51,191 nucleotides of DNA from a plasmid. Below are positions 22,105 to 33,733 of this stretch, piece by piece. Positions within the stretch are counted from its first letter, which is position 1; each line of letters opens with the position of its first letter. A program made the translations under genes and the position numbers. The notes beneath the pieces are model-generated. The model was not told where the DNA came from. It did no database searches and saw nothing but the letters and a program-made list of their open reading frames with translations. The stretch is from sequence record CP014788.1; one strand, written 5' to 3'.

Positions 22105-22647
22105 TTATCTAACTAGTAAACGACGAATTTGCTTAATCTTTGAGCTGAGACTACCGTCAAGCGTCTTATGATCCGCGTGGACGATAACCCCACCTAAAAT
22201 TGCAGGATCGACATGCTCGTTTAAGACAACCTCGTTCGCGCCGAAACGCTTGGCCAGGTTATCCGCGAGCTGGTCCCGTTGTTGTTTATCGAGTTGGATC
22301 GCTGTAACAACGTCGGCATGCATCCGCTTGTTACGCTGGTCATACCGCCGTTCAAACTCATCAATAATTGCGACCAGGCAATCAATGCGGCCGTAATCAA
22401 AAAGCATCTGAATCAGGTTTTGCACGTACTGGGAAGCTCCCTCTTGCAAAGCATTGACCAGGGCTTTTTTATCGGCGAAGGACATCTGAACACCCGCTAA
22501 GGCGCCCTCTAACCCCTCGTTGTCCTCAAAGACTTGGCGTAAAGCAATCAATTCTTGATAAGTCTGATCGATTTCGTTGTCTGCATCGACCAATTCAAAC
22601 AGTGCCCGGGCATAGCGGCGGGCGACCGTCTTCTTATCAAAACTCAT
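22105..22647 (-). CDS. atpH: F1 ATP synthase delta subunit
   Basis: 180 aa OSCP-like protein in the delta position. Confidence 0.9.
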   Translation of the reverse strand: MSFDKKTVARRYARALFELVDADNEIDQTYQELIALRQVFEDNEGLEGALAGVQMSFADKKALVNALQEGASQYVQNLIQMLFDYGRIDCLVAIIDEFERRYDQRNKRMHADVVTAIQLDKQQRDQLADNLAKRFGANEVVLNEHVDPAILGGVIVHADHKTLDGSLSSKIKQIRRLLVR

Positions 22648-23155
22648 GATCTACCAACCCTTCGATGTAGGAGTCGATCAATTCTTTTTGATCGTCTGCC
22701 TTTAATTCTTTTTGGATGAGTTTGGAAGCAATCTCAATAGATAAGTTTGCAACGTCATCCTTAGCACCATTCAACGCGTCACGCCGTGCTTGTTCAGCAT
22801 CTTGCTGCGCTTGTTGCTTCAGTGCTTGAGCATCGTTTTGTGCTGCCTCAACAATTTGTGCTCGTTGTGTTTCAGCCGACTTCTTGGCATTGTTGACAAT
22901 GTCAGCAGCTTCTTGACGTGAATTTTGCAGTTCTGCTTGGCGCTTAGCGGCCATCTTTTCCGCACTCTCGCGGGACTTGGCAGCATTGTCGATATCACTG
23001 GCAATCTTGTCAGCCCGCTTCTTCATCATGTCAGTAACTGGGCCCCAAGCGAAGTGCTTGACCAGCAACATCAGGATAATGAAGGTGACAATGTAGAAGA
23101 TCAGGTCACCAACGTATAAACTGTTCGATTCAGCTAACACATTGTTCACAAACAT
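22637..23155 (-). CDS. atpF: Fo ATP synthase subunit b
   Basis: N-terminal transmembrane helix plus a long charged coiled coil. Confidence 0.9.
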   Translation of the reverse strand: MFVNNVLAESNSLYVGDLIFYIVTFIILMLLVKHFAWGPVTDMMKKRADKIASDIDNAAKSRESAEKMAAKRQAELQNSRQEAADIVNNAKKSAETQRAQIVEAAQNDAQALKQQAQQDAEQARRDALNGAKDDVANLSIEIASKLIQKELKADDQKELIDSYIEGLVDHEF

Positions 23156-23201
23156 CTATTGACACCTCCTTGTCTAAATAAAAAATAAGTGATTGCAATA
23201 A

Positions 23202-23441
<240 letters not shown>

Positions 23442-23444
23442 TTA

Positions 23445-24152
23445 TTATTCGGAAACCTTCCGAGAAATATAAACCGTCGTTAATGTTACAAAGACATATG
23501 CCTGGATTGAACCAATGAATACCGAGAAACCTTGCCATGCAAGTTCCAACAGCAATCCGGGGATAATTGTCAACGCACCATGTGAAAAGGCCATGTTGGC
23601 AATTAAACTCATTAATAGTTCACCGGCAAAAATGTTACCAAAGATACGGAGACCCAGCGTCAAGAAGTTCGCAAAGTCTTCAATGATGTTAACCGGCATC
23701 ATCAGCAAGAATGGCTTCGTGTAGCCCTTCAAATAGCCACCCAGACCGTTGTGCGCCACACCGGCAAAGTGGGCCAAGGCCATTACCATCAGTGAAAACG
23801 TTAACGTGACAACAGGGTCCGCCGTTGGACTTCTAAGCACTTCCGCACCGTTCCAGTGAAACTGGAAAATCAGACCGAATTGGTTAGCGAAGAAGATGAA
23901 GACAAAGAGAACGAAGGCAAAGAAACTGTAATGGCCCTGTTCTGATGCCGGCATCTGGCTCCGGACAATCCCGTTGGTAAAGTCAACCAGCCATTCAAAA
24001 ACGTTTTGCGCACCGGTCGGCTTCATTTTGATCTTTCGTGACATCCCGTAAAGAGTGAAGAACACGATTGCGTAGATAATCAGTCCAGAAACAATGTTCG
24101 TTGTATTGAACGTGAGTCCGAAAAGCTTAAAAGTTAAAGCATCACCGCCCAT
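23445..24152 (-). CDS. atpB: Fo ATP synthase subunit a
   Basis: 235 aa polytopic protein and first gene of the operon. No atpI is present. Confidence 0.93.
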   Translation of the reverse strand: MGGDALTFKLFGLTFNTTNIVSGLIIYAIVFFTLYGMSRKIKMKPTGAQNVFEWLVDFTNGIVRSQMPASEQGHYSFFAFVLFVFIFFANQFGLIFQFHWNGAEVLRSPTADPVVTLTFSLMVMALAHFAGVAHNGLGGYLKGYTKPFLLMMPVNIIEDFANFLTLGLRIFGNIFAGELLMSLIANMAFSHGALTIIPGLLLELAWQGFSVFIGSIQAYVFVTLTTVYISRKVSE

Positions 24153-24241
24153 TCATATTCCACCTCTTTCCTTATAACAATAATTTGGCTGTAAATTGGA
24201 AAACGTCGCAAAGAAAACGAATTAGCCCAAGTTACGATAGT

Positions 24242-24270
24242 TAATATATCATTATTTGCCGTAAATTTCA
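24242..24270 (-). promoter_or_regulatory. sigma-A type promoter of the atp operon
   Basis: On the minus strand: TTGAAA, a 17-nt spacer, then TATATT, about 85 nt upstream of atpB. Confidence 0.5.
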
Positions 24271-24485
24271 AAAAACATTAGACAAATAGGACAAATCTGA
24301 TTAACTGTTTGGCCGCGTCATGACGCGCTTTCGATGTTGTTTCGGCGCTTTTTGAAATTAGTTTATTAATCATACTAACTGAATTTTAATCCGTTCCATT
24401 ATCAGGATTTAACCCAGTTAGGAAGTCAAACCCGGCCGATCCTAGAGAGATTCCCGTGACGAGCTGCGGGGTTGAAAGACAGGAA

Positions 24486-24528
24486 AGTAAAACACCCCAA
24501 TCGGCGGCAAGCTGATTGGGGGTGTTGG
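24486..24528 (-). terminator. rho-independent terminator of the yibE/F operon
   Basis: AACACCCCAATC...GATTGGGGGTGTT 12-bp GC-rich stem followed by TTTTACTTT on the minus strand. Confidence 0.75.
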
Positions 24529-24565
24529 TCTTCGAACCTTCACGGGGATGGCTAGGTTTCCGCTT

Positions 24566-25324
24566 TTACTCCGGGGTGACTTTTCCGCGCCGCTTGGTCA
24601 TTATCCAGGCCGTCGTGGGGACCGTCAGCAGGACCCCGATAAAGGAAACTAGGACTTCTATCATCTCGGCTACGAAAATTTTATTATTCATAATCGTCCC
24701 CAGCGAATAGTGCAAACCGGCAAACCAGATGAAGAGGGCCAAAAAGCCGCCAAAGAAGCCGAAAAACAAGGTGTTGAGCGTAGTCCCGATAATTTGACGG
24801 CCAATCGACATCCCACTCCGCAGCAGCTGCTGGTCGCTGACATCCGGGTGGCTTGTGAGAATCTCCGTTAGACCTGCCGCAATCGCCATCGCCGCTTCAG
24901 CAATCGCCCCCAGCGTGCTGAGGGTCGTTACCGTAATCAGCACCTTGAAGTAGCTAATGCCAATCAAAATCGACATCCCCTCCAGGTCATCGCTGTCCTC
25001 AGTTCCAAATCCCTGGACCAGGGCCCAGTGTTCAACGAGGAAGATCAGAAGGATCAGGACCACGGTCACGATGAGCGAAGCGTAAAAGGCCGTCACCGTC
25101 GTCCGCAAGTCGTCTTCCCCCATAAAGATCGTTACCGCGAGGATAATAATCCCGGTCGTCACCGTCACGAAGAGCGGCGGCACGTGAAAAGCAATCAAGA
25201 TAATTGCAAAGTAAAGGAAGCCAAAGTTTAGCAAGAGGCTCAAGAAGGCCGTCCACCCCTGCTTGCCCCCTACCAGCACCATCAATACCAGCAGTACTAA
25301 CCCTAAAGCTGTAATCGTACTCAT
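24566..25324 (-). CDS. YibE/F family membrane protein
   Basis: 252 aa polytopic protein, paired and overlapping with an upstream YibE/F-like gene. Confidence 0.8.
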   Translation of the reverse strand: MSTITALGLVLLVLMVLVGGKQGWTAFLSLLLNFGFLYFAIILIAFHVPPLFVTVTTGIIILAVTIFMGEDDLRTTVTAFYASLIVTVVLILLIFLVEHWALVQGFGTEDSDDLEGMSILIGISYFKVLITVTTLSTLGAIAEAAMAIAAGLTEILTSHPDVSDQQLLRSGMSIGRQIIGTTLNTLFFGFFGGFLALFIWFAGLHYSLGTIMNNKIFVAEMIEVLVSFIGVLLTVPTTAWIMTKRRGKVTPE

Positions 25325-26454
25325 TTCGTCGCCCGCCTCCCTAGTAAAAGTGCTCCAAAGCCGCTAACTAATGGCACGGCCAAGACAATCCCAATCCCGC
25401 TCACTAAACTCTGAACGGTTCCCAGGCTCATGTTCATCGCGAAGGTGTAGCCCCATGAATTACCATTTTTTATGTAGAGCAGGCTGGAGGTAAAGGTTTC
25501 CGCCATAAAAATCAGGAAGAGCACGTTCACCAACGGTCCCATAATTGACTTCCCGACGCTGCGTCCCGACAGGAAAAGCTGAAGCCGTGAGACCGTCGGG
25601 TTGAGCTGCTTCAGCTCAAAGAGGGTGGCAATAATGTCACTGGATTCATCCATTACTGCCCCCAGAGAGCCCAGTAAGGTTTCCGCCAGGAAGAGCGGCC
25701 GTGGAACCTGGGTCACGTACTGCATCGATTCATAGTAGATTCCCCGCTCGTGGGTCCAGGCGAAGACTAGCAGGCTCACCCCTAAGGCGGTAAAGGTACC
25801 GATAATCGTCGCCGCTGTGGTTGCCAGCATTTTTTTGGTCGGTCCTAGAATTAGCAGGAGGCTGACCACGGTAAAAATAACTGCCAGGCTCCCGAAAATC
25901 AACATGACGTGCTCACCGTTATTTTTCAGGTCAATTATAATTGCCAGGATAAAGAGCAGCGTATTGACCAGGACGCTGACCAGGGCCAGGGCTCCCGCGC
26001 TCCCCATCATCATTAGCAGGAGCAGGCAGACCAGCCAAAAAAGAAAGACAGTGACCCCGTCACGCTTATAGCCCGCGACGTTAGCACTCAGGTGACCATG
26101 GTGCTTTTTCAGCTGGTTCAAAAAAAGCTGGTCCCCCCGGTGGTAGTGAAGGTCCATTGGCTGTGAATCACTATAAGTATTGGTAACCGTTAATCGCTGG
26201 CCGCGCTCCGCCGTGTTCAGGAGCCGCACCGTCAAGGTCTGCTGGTGTTGGTGGTCGACGTTTTGAAACTGGTCACTGGTCCGGCGAACCGCTCCAGTCT
26301 GAACCCGTTCTACCCGGGCAATCGGCCGCTTGTAAAATTGCTGGTTATGGCTGGTAAAGAATAAGGCCGCCACCCCTGCTATGATCAGGACCAGCAGTAA
26401 AACTAGCCGCCCCCGCGGCCAGTAGTGCTCTAACATCTTGGGCATCCCCTTCAT
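25321..26454 (-). CDS. YibE/F family membrane protein
   Basis: 377 aa with an N-terminal extracytoplasmic region followed by a polytopic domain. Confidence 0.8.
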   Translation of the reverse strand: MKGMPKMLEHYWPRGRLVLLLVLIIAGVAALFFTSHNQQFYKRPIARVERVQTGAVRRTSDQFQNVDHQHQQTLTVRLLNTAERGQRLTVTNTYSDSQPMDLHYHRGDQLFLNQLKKHHGHLSANVAGYKRDGVTVFLFWLVCLLLLMMMGSAGALALVSVLVNTLLFILAIIIDLKNNGEHVMLIFGSLAVIFTVVSLLLILGPTKKMLATTAATIIGTFTALGVSLLVFAWTHERGIYYESMQYVTQVPRPLFLAETLLGSLGAVMDESSDIIATLFELKQLNPTVSRLQLFLSGRSVGKSIMGPLVNVLFLIFMAETFTSSLLYIKNGNSWGYTFAMNMSLGTVQSLVSGIGIVLAVPLVSGFGALLLGRRATK

Positions 26455-26491
26455 TTCAAACTAATTGTCATTGTACCCTTTTCTGAACAAT

Positions 26492-26540
26492 AAAAAAGCA
26501 ACCGTCCGTAAGTTTTACCTTTTCGTAACGGTTGCTTTCT
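26492..26540 (-). terminator. upp terminator
   Basis: AGCAACCGT...ACGGTTGCT stem followed by TTTTTTATTG on the minus strand. Confidence 0.6.
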
Positions 26541-26555
26541 TTCACATTGAACAAT

Positions 26556-27191
26556 CTACTTGGTTCCGAAGAGCCGGTCACCGGCATCCCCTAATCCTGG
26601 AACAATATAGCCATCAGCGTTGAGGTGGTCATCCAGGCCCGCGGCGTAAATATCCACGTCAGGGTAGGCTTCCCGAACCGCCTTGACCCCTTCAGGTGCA
26701 GCTACCAGGCAGGCAAACTTCATGTTCTTCTCCTGGCAGCCCCGCTTCTTCAGAGCTTCAATGGCCATCATGGCAGAACCACCGGTTGCCAGCATCGGGT
26801 CAACGATGAACAGCTGCCGCTCAGTAATATCGTTAGGCAGCTTGACAAAGTACTCATGCGGTTTGAGCGTCTTTTCATCCCGGTACATTCCAATAAAGCC
26901 AATCTTAGCTGCCGGAATCAGGTCCGTCATCCCATCAACCATGCCGAGCCCGGCCCGGAGGATTGGAATAATGGCAACCTTTTTCCCGGCTAGTTCCTTC
27001 TTAGTGGTCTTGGCAATTGGTGTCTCGACCTCAACGTCTTTGAGCGGCATGTCCCGTGCCACCTCGTACGCCATCAAGGTTGAGATTTCCTTCACCGTTT
27101 CCCGGAAAAATTTTGTTCCGACGTTCTTATCACGAATCATCGTCAACTTATGCTGGATCAGTGGGTGATCCATAACTTCGAATTTACCCAT
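26556..27191 (-). CDS. upp: uracil phosphoribosyltransferase
   Basis: 211 aa with N-terminus [21 protein letters not shown]. Confidence 0.95.
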   Translation of the reverse strand: MGKFEVMDHPLIQHKLTMIRDKNVGTKFFRETVKEISTLMAYEVARDMPLKDVEVETPIAKTTKKELAGKKVAIIPILRAGLGMVDGMTDLIPAAKIGFIGMYRDEKTLKPHEYFVKLPNDITERQLFIVDPMLATGGSAMMAIEALKKRGCQEKNMKFACLVAAPEGVKAVREAYPDVDIYAAGLDDHLNADGYIVPGLGDAGDRLFGTK

Positions 27192-27228
27192 GCCAAAAAC
27201 ACTCCTTTGAATTTCTCCACTATTTTAC

Positions 27229-27260
27229 CAAAAAAAATGAGAAGTTGTTAGCTCCTCACC
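27229..27260 (-). terminator. sua5 terminator
   Basis: TGAGGAG ctaacaa CTTCTCA stem followed by T8 on the minus strand. Confidence 0.65.
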
Positions 27261-27283
27261 AGATTTTTTCGTTTCTTTGCTCA

Positions 27284-28348
27284 TTATTTTACTTGCGCCG
27301 GGTCAAAGTGAACCCCACCGGCCGACTTATTGAGCCGGTTCATGTAGGCCCGGCCCAGGTTCTTCGCGGTAAAGGCCTCTGTGACGATTGCCTTGACATT
27401 CGGCTGGTCATCAAACCCCCGCAAGCCGTCAAACAGGCGGGCACTGGCGTCTTCAACACCGGTTCCCAACGAGAACTGGACGGCATTCATCGGCAGGGTC
27501 AGTTGCTGAAGAATTCGCTCCTCAGCCATCACCCCAACGTCAAACGGCTGTTGGGCCACCCACTTGGCAACTTGAGCCCAGTCGGTCCCCTCGTCAATAA
27601 TGTAAACCTGTGCGCTCGGGGCGTAGTGCTTGTACTTCATTCCGGGAGCTTTCGGCGTTTCATTTTTGCCAACTTTGTGGTGGTTGAGGTCGATTGACCC
27701 GATTACTCCTTCGATGTCCTGCTTGGTAACGGCACCCGGCCGTAAAATTACCGGGGTCGCAGTGGACATATCCAAGACCGTCGATTCTACCCCAACCCGG
27801 GTCGGTCCATCATCCAAGATTCCAGTGATCTTACCATTCAAATCATGGTAGACATGCTGGGCGGTCGTCGGGCTCGGTTTGCCCGAAGTATTAGCTGACG
27901 GGCCCACAATCGGGACACCTGCTTTGCCAATCAGGTCGAGCGTCGGCTGGTTATCCGGGAAGCGGAAGGCGACCGTAGACAATCCGCCGGTCACCGTCTT
28001 GGAGAGTGCGCCCTTCTTGATTTTCAGAATAATCGTCAAGGAACCGGGCCAAAACGCGGCCATCAGTTTGCGGGCGTTGGCCGGAATTTCTGCCGCGTAC
28101 TTTTCCACCATCGCCACCGAATTTACGTGGACAATCAGCGGGTTGTCGCTTGGCCGTCCCTTAGCCAGGTAAACATTCTTTACCGCTGGCTCGTTCGTGG
28201 CGTCAGCACCTAAGCCGTAAACCGTCTCCGTCGGAAAGGCTACCAGCTCCCCCCGCTGAATGGCGGCAGCGGCTTCGTCAATTTGGTTTAGCTGATAAAT
28301 CTTGGTATTCATTCTTACTAATTTCCTCCTGTGCCAGAAAAATCCCAT
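27284..28348 (-). CDS. sua5: L-threonylcarbamoyladenylate synthase (Sua5/YwlC)
   Basis: YrdC domain (AFPTETVYGLGADA) plus a Sua5 C-terminal domain. Confidence 0.9.
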   Translation of the reverse strand: MGFFWHRRKLVRMNTKIYQLNQIDEAAAAIQRGELVAFPTETVYGLGADATNEPAVKNVYLAKGRPSDNPLIVHVNSVAMVEKYAAEIPANARKLMAAFWPGSLTIILKIKKGALSKTVTGGLSTVAFRFPDNQPTLDLIGKAGVPIVGPSANTSGKPSPTTAQHVYHDLNGKITGILDDGPTRVGVESTVLDMSTATPVILRPGAVTKQDIEGVIGSIDLNHHKVGKNETPKAPGMKYKHYAPSAQVYIIDEGTDWAQVAKWVAQQPFDVGVMAEERILQQLTLPMNAVQFSLGTGVEDASARLFDGLRGFDDQPNVKAIVTEAFTAKNLGRAYMNRLNKSAGGVHFDPAQVK

Positions 28349-29187
28349 GCGTGTATCATCCTCATTTTACCGGCCACATCATGGCGTACTGCCAGCTGGG
28401 CCTGTTGATCGCACTGCTTCAACAGTGCTTGAATACTCTTTTCTTGGTCATAACCCGTCTCACCAAAGAGCTGCCCGCCCGGCCGCAGGTAGTTGCCAGC
28501 AAGCTCAAAGAGCCGGCGGTAAAAGCCTAAACCGTGTTCATCAGCAAAGAGGGCAATTGGCGGTTCGTGGTCCAGCACTGCCTGGTCCATCACCGCCGTG
28601 TCGGCAGGGTCAATGTAGGGCGGGTTAGTCACAATCAGGTCATAGCGCTGACCTGCCAAGTTCGCAAAGAGGTCGCTCTCCACCAGCGGCAACGACAACT
28701 GGTGCTGTCGAACATTTTCCCGGGCCACCGCCAGGGCTACCGATGAAATATCGCTCAACGTTACCGACCAGCGGGGGCGTTCCAAGGCAAGGGTAATCCC
28801 GATTACCCCGCTACCGGTCCCCAAATCTAGCACGCGTAGCTGACGGTCGGCGGGCTGGCTCGTGAGGACCCAGTCGACCAGTTCGGCCGTCTCTGCTTCC
28901 GGCACCAGAACAGCTGGTGTGACCTTGAATTGGCGCCCATAAAACGTTGTCTGCCCAACGATATACTGGGCCGGAACATGGTTGAGCAGCTGGCCAACTG
29001 CCGCCTGGAACCATTCGACCTCCGCAGCCGGCATTACGTCCCGGTTATGCAGTAACAAGTGGGTGGTGTCCCAGCCATGCCGCTGTTCTAGTAAAAACTG
29101 CGGTGCATGCGGGTCAACCTCACTCGCCGCCAGCTGTCTTGCTGCCCACCGCTGGGCGGCAAAGTATGTCCAAGGCTGGCTATTCAT
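28318..29187 (-). CDS. prmC: release factor glutamine N5-methyltransferase
   Basis: NPPY motif (VTNPPYI) and a SAM-binding DLGTGSG motif. Confidence 0.92.
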   Translation of the reverse strand: MNSQPWTYFAAQRWAARQLAASEVDPHAPQFLLEQRHGWDTTHLLLHNRDVMPAAEVEWFQAAVGQLLNHVPAQYIVGQTTFYGRQFKVTPAVLVPEAETAELVDWVLTSQPADRQLRVLDLGTGSGVIGITLALERPRWSVTLSDISSVALAVARENVRQHQLSLPLVESDLFANLAGQRYDLIVTNPPYIDPADTAVMDQAVLDHEPPIALFADEHGLGFYRRLFELAGNYLRPGGQLFGETGYDQEKSIQALLKQCDQQAQLAVRHDVAGKMRMIHAWDFSGTGGN

Positions 29188-30268
29188 TCCGCAGCTGCTC
29201 CAGCTTTTCGGTCTGGTCTGCCACGATCAGGGCCTCGACAATTTCATCTAATTCTCCCGCCATGATCTTATCCAGCTTGTTGAGGGTCAGGCCAATCCGG
29301 TGATCAGTTACCCGGTTTTGCGGGTAGTTATAAGTCCGGATCCGTTCGGAACGGTCCCCCGTCCCAATGGCGTTCTTCCGCTGTTCATCGTAAGCGCTCT
29401 GTTCCTTTTGCTGGTAGTAGTCATAGACCCGTGACTTCAGAATCCGCATCGCCTTGGCCCGGTTTTGCTGCTGGGACCGCTCGTCTTGCATGGCGACCAC
29501 GATTCCAGTTGGCAAGTGGGTCATCCGGACCGCGGACGAGGTCTTGTTGACGTGCTGACCACCGGCACCACTAGAACGGTAAACATCGACCCGGATGTCC
29601 TTTGGATCAATATCCACATCCACGTCCTCAGCTTCTGGCATCACCCCGACGGTTGCAGTGGAGGTGTGAACCCGGCCGGCGGACTCAGTTACCGGCACCC
29701 GCTGGACCCGGTGCGCGCCGTTTTCAAACTTCAACTTGGAGTAGACATTATTCCCGGTAATCATCAGGGCGATTTCCTTAAAGCCGCCGACTTCGGTCTC
29801 GTTTTTATCGACCACTTCGACTTTCCAGCCCTGCTTTTCCGCGTAGTGAAGGTACATATTATAGAGGTCGGCCGCAAAGAGGCTGGCTTCGTCCCCACCG
29901 GCAGCTCCACGGATTTCCATGATGATGTTCTTATCATCATTCGGATCCTTAGGAATCAGCAGGACTTCCAATTCCTTTTCCAATTGTTCTTGCCGGTCCT
30001 TGGATTCCGCCAGTTCGTCCTTCGTCATTGCCGCCAGGTCCGGGTCGTCGGTCTCCCGCAACATTTCCTCGTCATCCTTGATGGTCTGGGTAACCTGCTT
30101 ATATTCGTTATACTTTTCAACGGTTTCACGCAGGCTCCCCTCTTCCTTTGATAACTTCATGAAGCGTTGGGAATCCGCGATCACCTCTGGGTCGCTGATC
30201 AGTTCGTTTAGCTCGTCGTACCGGTCAGCAACTGCCTGGAGTTTATCGAAGATTTCTGAAATTTCCAT
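29180..30268 (-). CDS. prfA: peptide chain release factor 1
   Basis: GGQ motif ([12 protein letters not shown]). 362 aa. Confidence 0.97.
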   Translation of the reverse strand: MEISEIFDKLQAVADRYDELNELISDPEVIADSQRFMKLSKEEGSLRETVEKYNEYKQVTQTIKDDEEMLRETDDPDLAAMTKDELAESKDRQEQLEKELEVLLIPKDPNDDKNIIMEIRGAAGGDEASLFAADLYNMYLHYAEKQGWKVEVVDKNETEVGGFKEIALMITGNNVYSKLKFENGAHRVQRVPVTESAGRVHTSTATVGVMPEAEDVDVDIDPKDIRVDVYRSSGAGGQHVNKTSSAVRMTHLPTGIVVAMQDERSQQQNRAKAMRILKSRVYDYYQQKEQSAYDEQRKNAIGTGDRSERIRTYNYPQNRVTDHRIGLTLNKLDKIMAGELDEIVEALIVADQTEKLEQLRNE

Positions 30269-30271
30269 TGG

Positions 30272-30883
30272 TTAATCCTCCTCTTTCTTCTCTAATACTG
30301 GGTGAAAGTAGTGCTTACGGCAGACCGGATAGTAGGACTCATTGCCGCCAATCTGGACCTGCTCACCCTCGTAGACTGGCTTGCCATCATGGATCCGCAG
30401 GTTCATCGTCGCCTTGTGCGGGCAGAACCAGCAAATCGTTTTCATTTCCTCAATCTTATCAGCGTAAATCAAGAGGTACTTGGAACCCTCAAAAAGCTCA
30501 TTGCGGAAGTCATTCTTGAGGCCAAACGCCATCACGGGAATGTTGAGGTCATCCACAATCCTGATTAGCTGTAAGATATGCGCCTTTTTTAAGAACTGGG
30601 CTTCATCAATCAACACGCAATAAACGTGGTGGTCAATATTCTTAACATAATTATAAATATTAGTGTCATCCATGACCGGCTGCACCCGGCGTTTCAGGCC
30701 AATTCGGCTGGCGATAATCCCTTGCCCAGAGCGGTTATCGACCCCACTGGTCATCAATACTACCGGCTTGCCCTGTTCCTCATAGTTATGGGCAACCTTG
30801 AGGATGTCAATGGACTTCCCCGAATTCATTGCACCGTATTTGAAAAATAGCTGTGCCACGTCTACTTGCTCCTTTTTTCGCAT
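30272..30883 (-). CDS. tdk: thymidine kinase
   Basis: P-loop YGAMNSGKS and a C-terminal zinc ribbon. Confidence 0.93.
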   Translation of the reverse strand: MRKKEQVDVAQLFFKYGAMNSGKSIDILKVAHNYEEQGKPVVLMTSGVDNRSGQGIIASRIGLKRRVQPVMDDTNIYNYVKNIDHHVYCVLIDEAQFLKKAHILQLIRIVDDLNIPVMAFGLKNDFRNELFEGSKYLLIYADKIEEMKTICWFCPHKATMNLRIHDGKPVYEGEQVQIGGNESYYPVCRKHYFHPVLEKKEED

Positions 30884-31031
30884 AGTAATTTCATTATATC
30901 TGAAAGACCGGGGCTTTTAAATACTTCCCTCATCCCGTGCCCCATTCTAACTTAATCACTTTTATTTTTCGAACAATAAGGTTAAAATAAGGAATCATTA
31001 TTTCCTTTGGGGGTAGGAAGGAGTTAATTTA

Positions 31032-32369
31032 ATGTCTATTCGCAGTACAATTGCCGAAACGGTCGGCCGGTCCAGCTACTGGTTCCTGCACCGCTTTCGC
31101 AATGGAGGCAGTTCACTGCCTGGTCAACTAACTTTACTGATTGATCCACATATTCTAAACAGTTTTAGCAAACGCTACGACCTGATTATCGTTACCGGAA
31201 CTAACGGCAAGACCCTCACCACAGCCCTGAGTACCCGGGTTCTGCGCACAAAGTATGAACAGGTTTTAACCAACCCGACCGGCTCTAACATGGAGCAGGG
31301 AATCGTTACGACCTTTATTACGGCCCCCCGCCCCCACCGAAAGGGGCTCGCAATCCTCGAGGTTGACGAGGCCAACGTGGTGAAGGTGACCCAGTTTATT
31401 AAACCGGTGGCCTTCGTCTTTACCAACATTTTTCGTGACCAGATGGACCGTTACGGTGAAATCTACACCACCTACGACAAAATCCTGGCGGGGGTACGGC
31501 GGGCACCCCAGGCGACCGTGATCATTAATGGTGACGAACAGCTCTTTCACAGCCGCGACTTGCCAAACCCAGTTGTCTACTACGGTTTTGCCCATGAACA
31601 CCGGGATGCCTTTGATGCTCCGGCTAATACTGATGGACTACTCTGTCCAAAGTGTCAGCACATCCTCCGCTACCACCTGCGGACATACGCCGGTTTGGGG
31701 GACTACTTCTGTCCCCACTGTGGTTTTCACCGTCCACAATTAACCTACGCGGTAACCAAGCTTACTGAACTGACCCCCACTAGCTCAACCTTTGAAATTG
31801 ACGGTCACGAGTACACCATCAACGTCGGTGGCCTTTATAACATTTATAACGCCCTTACGGCCTATGCCGTCGGCCGGCAGTTTGGCGTCAGCCCCCAGCA
31901 AATCAAGGAAGCCTTTGAGCGTGATGAACGGGTCTTTGGCCGCCAGGAAGTGATTGACATTGACGGCAAGGAGGTTAACTTGGTTTTGGTTAAGAACCCG
32001 GTGGGCCTCAACCAGGTTCTCAACATGATTGCTACCGACCACGAACCATTCAGTCTGGGCTTCATCCTCAACGCGCACTACGCCGACGGAATCGACACCA
32101 GCTGGATTTGGGACGGCAATTTTGAGCAGTTCGCTCAGTCAGACGTCCGCCAGTACCTAACAGGTGGCGAACGGTACCGGGATATTAGTACCCGCCTGGA
32201 AATGGCCGGGGTGACTAAGCTCTGGGAAGAACCGAACCTGGAACAGGTGGTTCAGAAAATCAAGAAAATGCCGACAAAACGGGTTTACCTTCTGGCAACC
32301 TATACGGCGGTTCTCCAGCTACGGAAACTGCTAGCCGAGCAAAAGTATATCAAAGGAGGGATGGACTAA
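31032..32369 (+). CDS. murT: lipid II isoglutaminyl synthase subunit MurT
   Basis: Mur-ligase middle domain ([11 protein letters not shown]), a Cys4 ribbon (CPKC...CPHC), and a DUF1727 C-terminus. Confidence 0.9.
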   Translation: MSIRSTIAETVGRSSYWFLHRFRNGGSSLPGQLTLLIDPHILNSFSKRYDLIIVTGTNGKTLTTALSTRVLRTKYEQVLTNPTGSNMEQGIVTTFITAPRPHRKGLAILEVDEANVVKVTQFIKPVAFVFTNIFRDQMDRYGEIYTTYDKILAGVRRAPQATVIINGDEQLFHSRDLPNPVVYYGFAHEHRDAFDAPANTDGLLCPKCQHILRYHLRTYAGLGDYFCPHCGFHRPQLTYAVTKLTELTPTSSTFEIDGHEYTINVGGLYNIYNALTAYAVGRQFGVSPQQIKEAFERDERVFGRQEVIDIDGKEVNLVLVKNPVGLNQVLNMIATDHEPFSLGFILNAHYADGIDTSWIWDGNFEQFAQSDVRQYLTGGERYRDISTRLEMAGVTKLWEEPNLEQVVQKIKKMPTKRVYLLATYTAVLQLRKLLAEQKYIKGGMD

Positions 32370-33076
32370 TGGCAAAGTACCACTTACGTCTTGCCCACCT
32401 CTACGGCAACCTGCTAAACACCTACAGCGATGTGGGCAACATCATCGCCTTACGTTACTACGCCCAGCAGATGGACGCCGACATTGACGTCCAAGTCATC
32501 AGCATTGATGATCTCTTTGATCCTGACCACTTCGACCTCGCCCTGTTTGGTGGCGGCCAGGACTACGAGCAGGTCGTGGTTGCTAAAGACCTCCCCCAGA
32601 AACGGGCGGCAATCAAGAAGTTCATTGATGACAATAAGCCCCTCCTAGCAATCTGTGGTGGCTACCAACTGTTGGGCCACTATTACATCGGTGCCAATGG
32701 CGAAAAGATTCCCGGCTTGGGCTTACTGGACCACTACACGCTTAGCCAGGATCACCACCGTTTCATCGGTGATATCACCATAAAAAATGAGGAGAACGGA
32801 CAAGAGTACCATGGCTTCGAGAACCATAACGGCCGGACCTTCCTTGGAGAGGGCGAGCGGCCGCTGGGCACCGTGGTCACTGGTAACGGCAATAACGGTG
32901 AGGACGGAACGGAAGGTGCGATTTATAAGGAAGTTTACTGTTCCTACTTTCACGGACCAATCCTGACCCGGAACGGTGAAATTGCCAAGCACCTCCTGCT
33001 GACGGCCCTGCAGAATAAGTACCCGGAAGCAGATTTGACAGCTGCCAAGTCCTTACAAATCAAACCAACATTTTAA
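32369..33076 (+). CDS. gatD: lipid II isoglutaminyl synthase glutaminase subunit GatD
   Basis: CobB/CobQ-type glutamine amidotransferase ([11 protein letters not shown]). Overlaps the murT stop. Confidence 0.9.
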   Translation: MAKYHLRLAHLYGNLLNTYSDVGNIIALRYYAQQMDADIDVQVISIDDLFDPDHFDLALFGGGQDYEQVVVAKDLPQKRAAIKKFIDDNKPLLAICGGYQLLGHYYIGANGEKIPGLGLLDHYTLSQDHHRFIGDITIKNEENGQEYHGFENHNGRTFLGEGERPLGTVVTGNGNNGEDGTEGAIYKEVYCSYFHGPILTRNGEIAKHLLLTALQNKYPEADLTAAKSLQIKPTF

Positions 33077-33083
33077 AATGACA

Positions 33084-33116
33084 AGCGGCCTCGAGAGTGA
33101 TTCTCGGGGCCGCTTT
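33084..33116. terminator. bidirectional terminator between gatD and argR
   Basis: GCGGCCtCGAGAG tgatt CTCGgGGCCGC with T-runs on both sides. Confidence 0.65.
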
Positions 33117-33128
33117 AATATTATTCAC

Positions 33129-33590
33129 TTAACCATTCATATGGTCCATGATCAGCTGGTATACCTTCTGAGCGTCCTCCGGGGTCTTACTGATTAGGAT
33201 CAGTGTATCGTTCCCCGCCAGGGTGCCGATTACCTCCGGTACGTCCAACTCGTCGAACATCCCGGCTAAAATAGTCGCATAACTCGAGTTCAGCTCCGTT
33301 TTGACCACGTTAATAAACTGAACCGTTTCAATCGTCCGCACGTTGTTACGGATGCCTAGATAGAGGCGGTCATAGTTATGTGCCGGATCCTTTTGTAATT
33401 GGACGTAGTAGGTATGACCATTGGCATCGCTGGACTTGACGATATTCAAGGTATGAATATCACGCGAAATTGTCGCCTGTGTGGTTTCAATTCCGGCGTC
33501 GGTAAGCAGCTGCAGCAGCTCATCCTGGGTTTCGATTTTTCTCTCATTAACTAACTGTGCAATAAAGCGACGGCGCTCTTTGCGATCCAT
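33129..33590 (-). CDS. argR: arginine repressor ArgR/AhrC
   Basis: 153 aa with a winged-helix N-terminus (MDRKERRRFIAQLV) and a C-terminal oligomerisation domain. Confidence 0.92.
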   Translation of the reverse strand: MDRKERRRFIAQLVNERKIETQDELLQLLTDAGIETTQATISRDIHTLNIVKSSDANGHTYYVQLQKDPAHNYDRLYLGIRNNVRTIETVQFINVVKTELNSSYATILAGMFDELDVPEVIGTLAGNDTLILISKTPEDAQKVYQLIMDHMNG

Positions 33591-33610
33591 ATCAGCTCCC
33601 CCTCCTTGAC

Positions 33611-33629
33611 TTGAGCTTTTTTATTCATG
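33611..33629 (-). promoter_or_regulatory. ARG box in the argR 5' leader (autoregulation)
   Basis: The minus strand reads CATGAATAAAAAAGCTCAA, close to the B. subtilis AhrC box CATGAATAAAAATKCAAG. It lies between the predicted promoter (TTGACA-17-TATCAT at 33650-33678) and the ribosome-binding site. Confidence 0.55.
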
Positions 33630-33733
33630 CTAAAGATAATTTATTAAATATGATAAACACTTTGCAAATGCTTGTCAACGGCCAGCAGTTCCCTCTGCCG
33701 GCCGCTTATGGTTTTAACAGTGGTGAATAAAAA

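Noticed and set aside
24153-24240. Possible missing atpI upstream of atpB
   Set aside because: No ORF is present. Absence of atpI is common in Lactobacillales, so this is not an anomaly.
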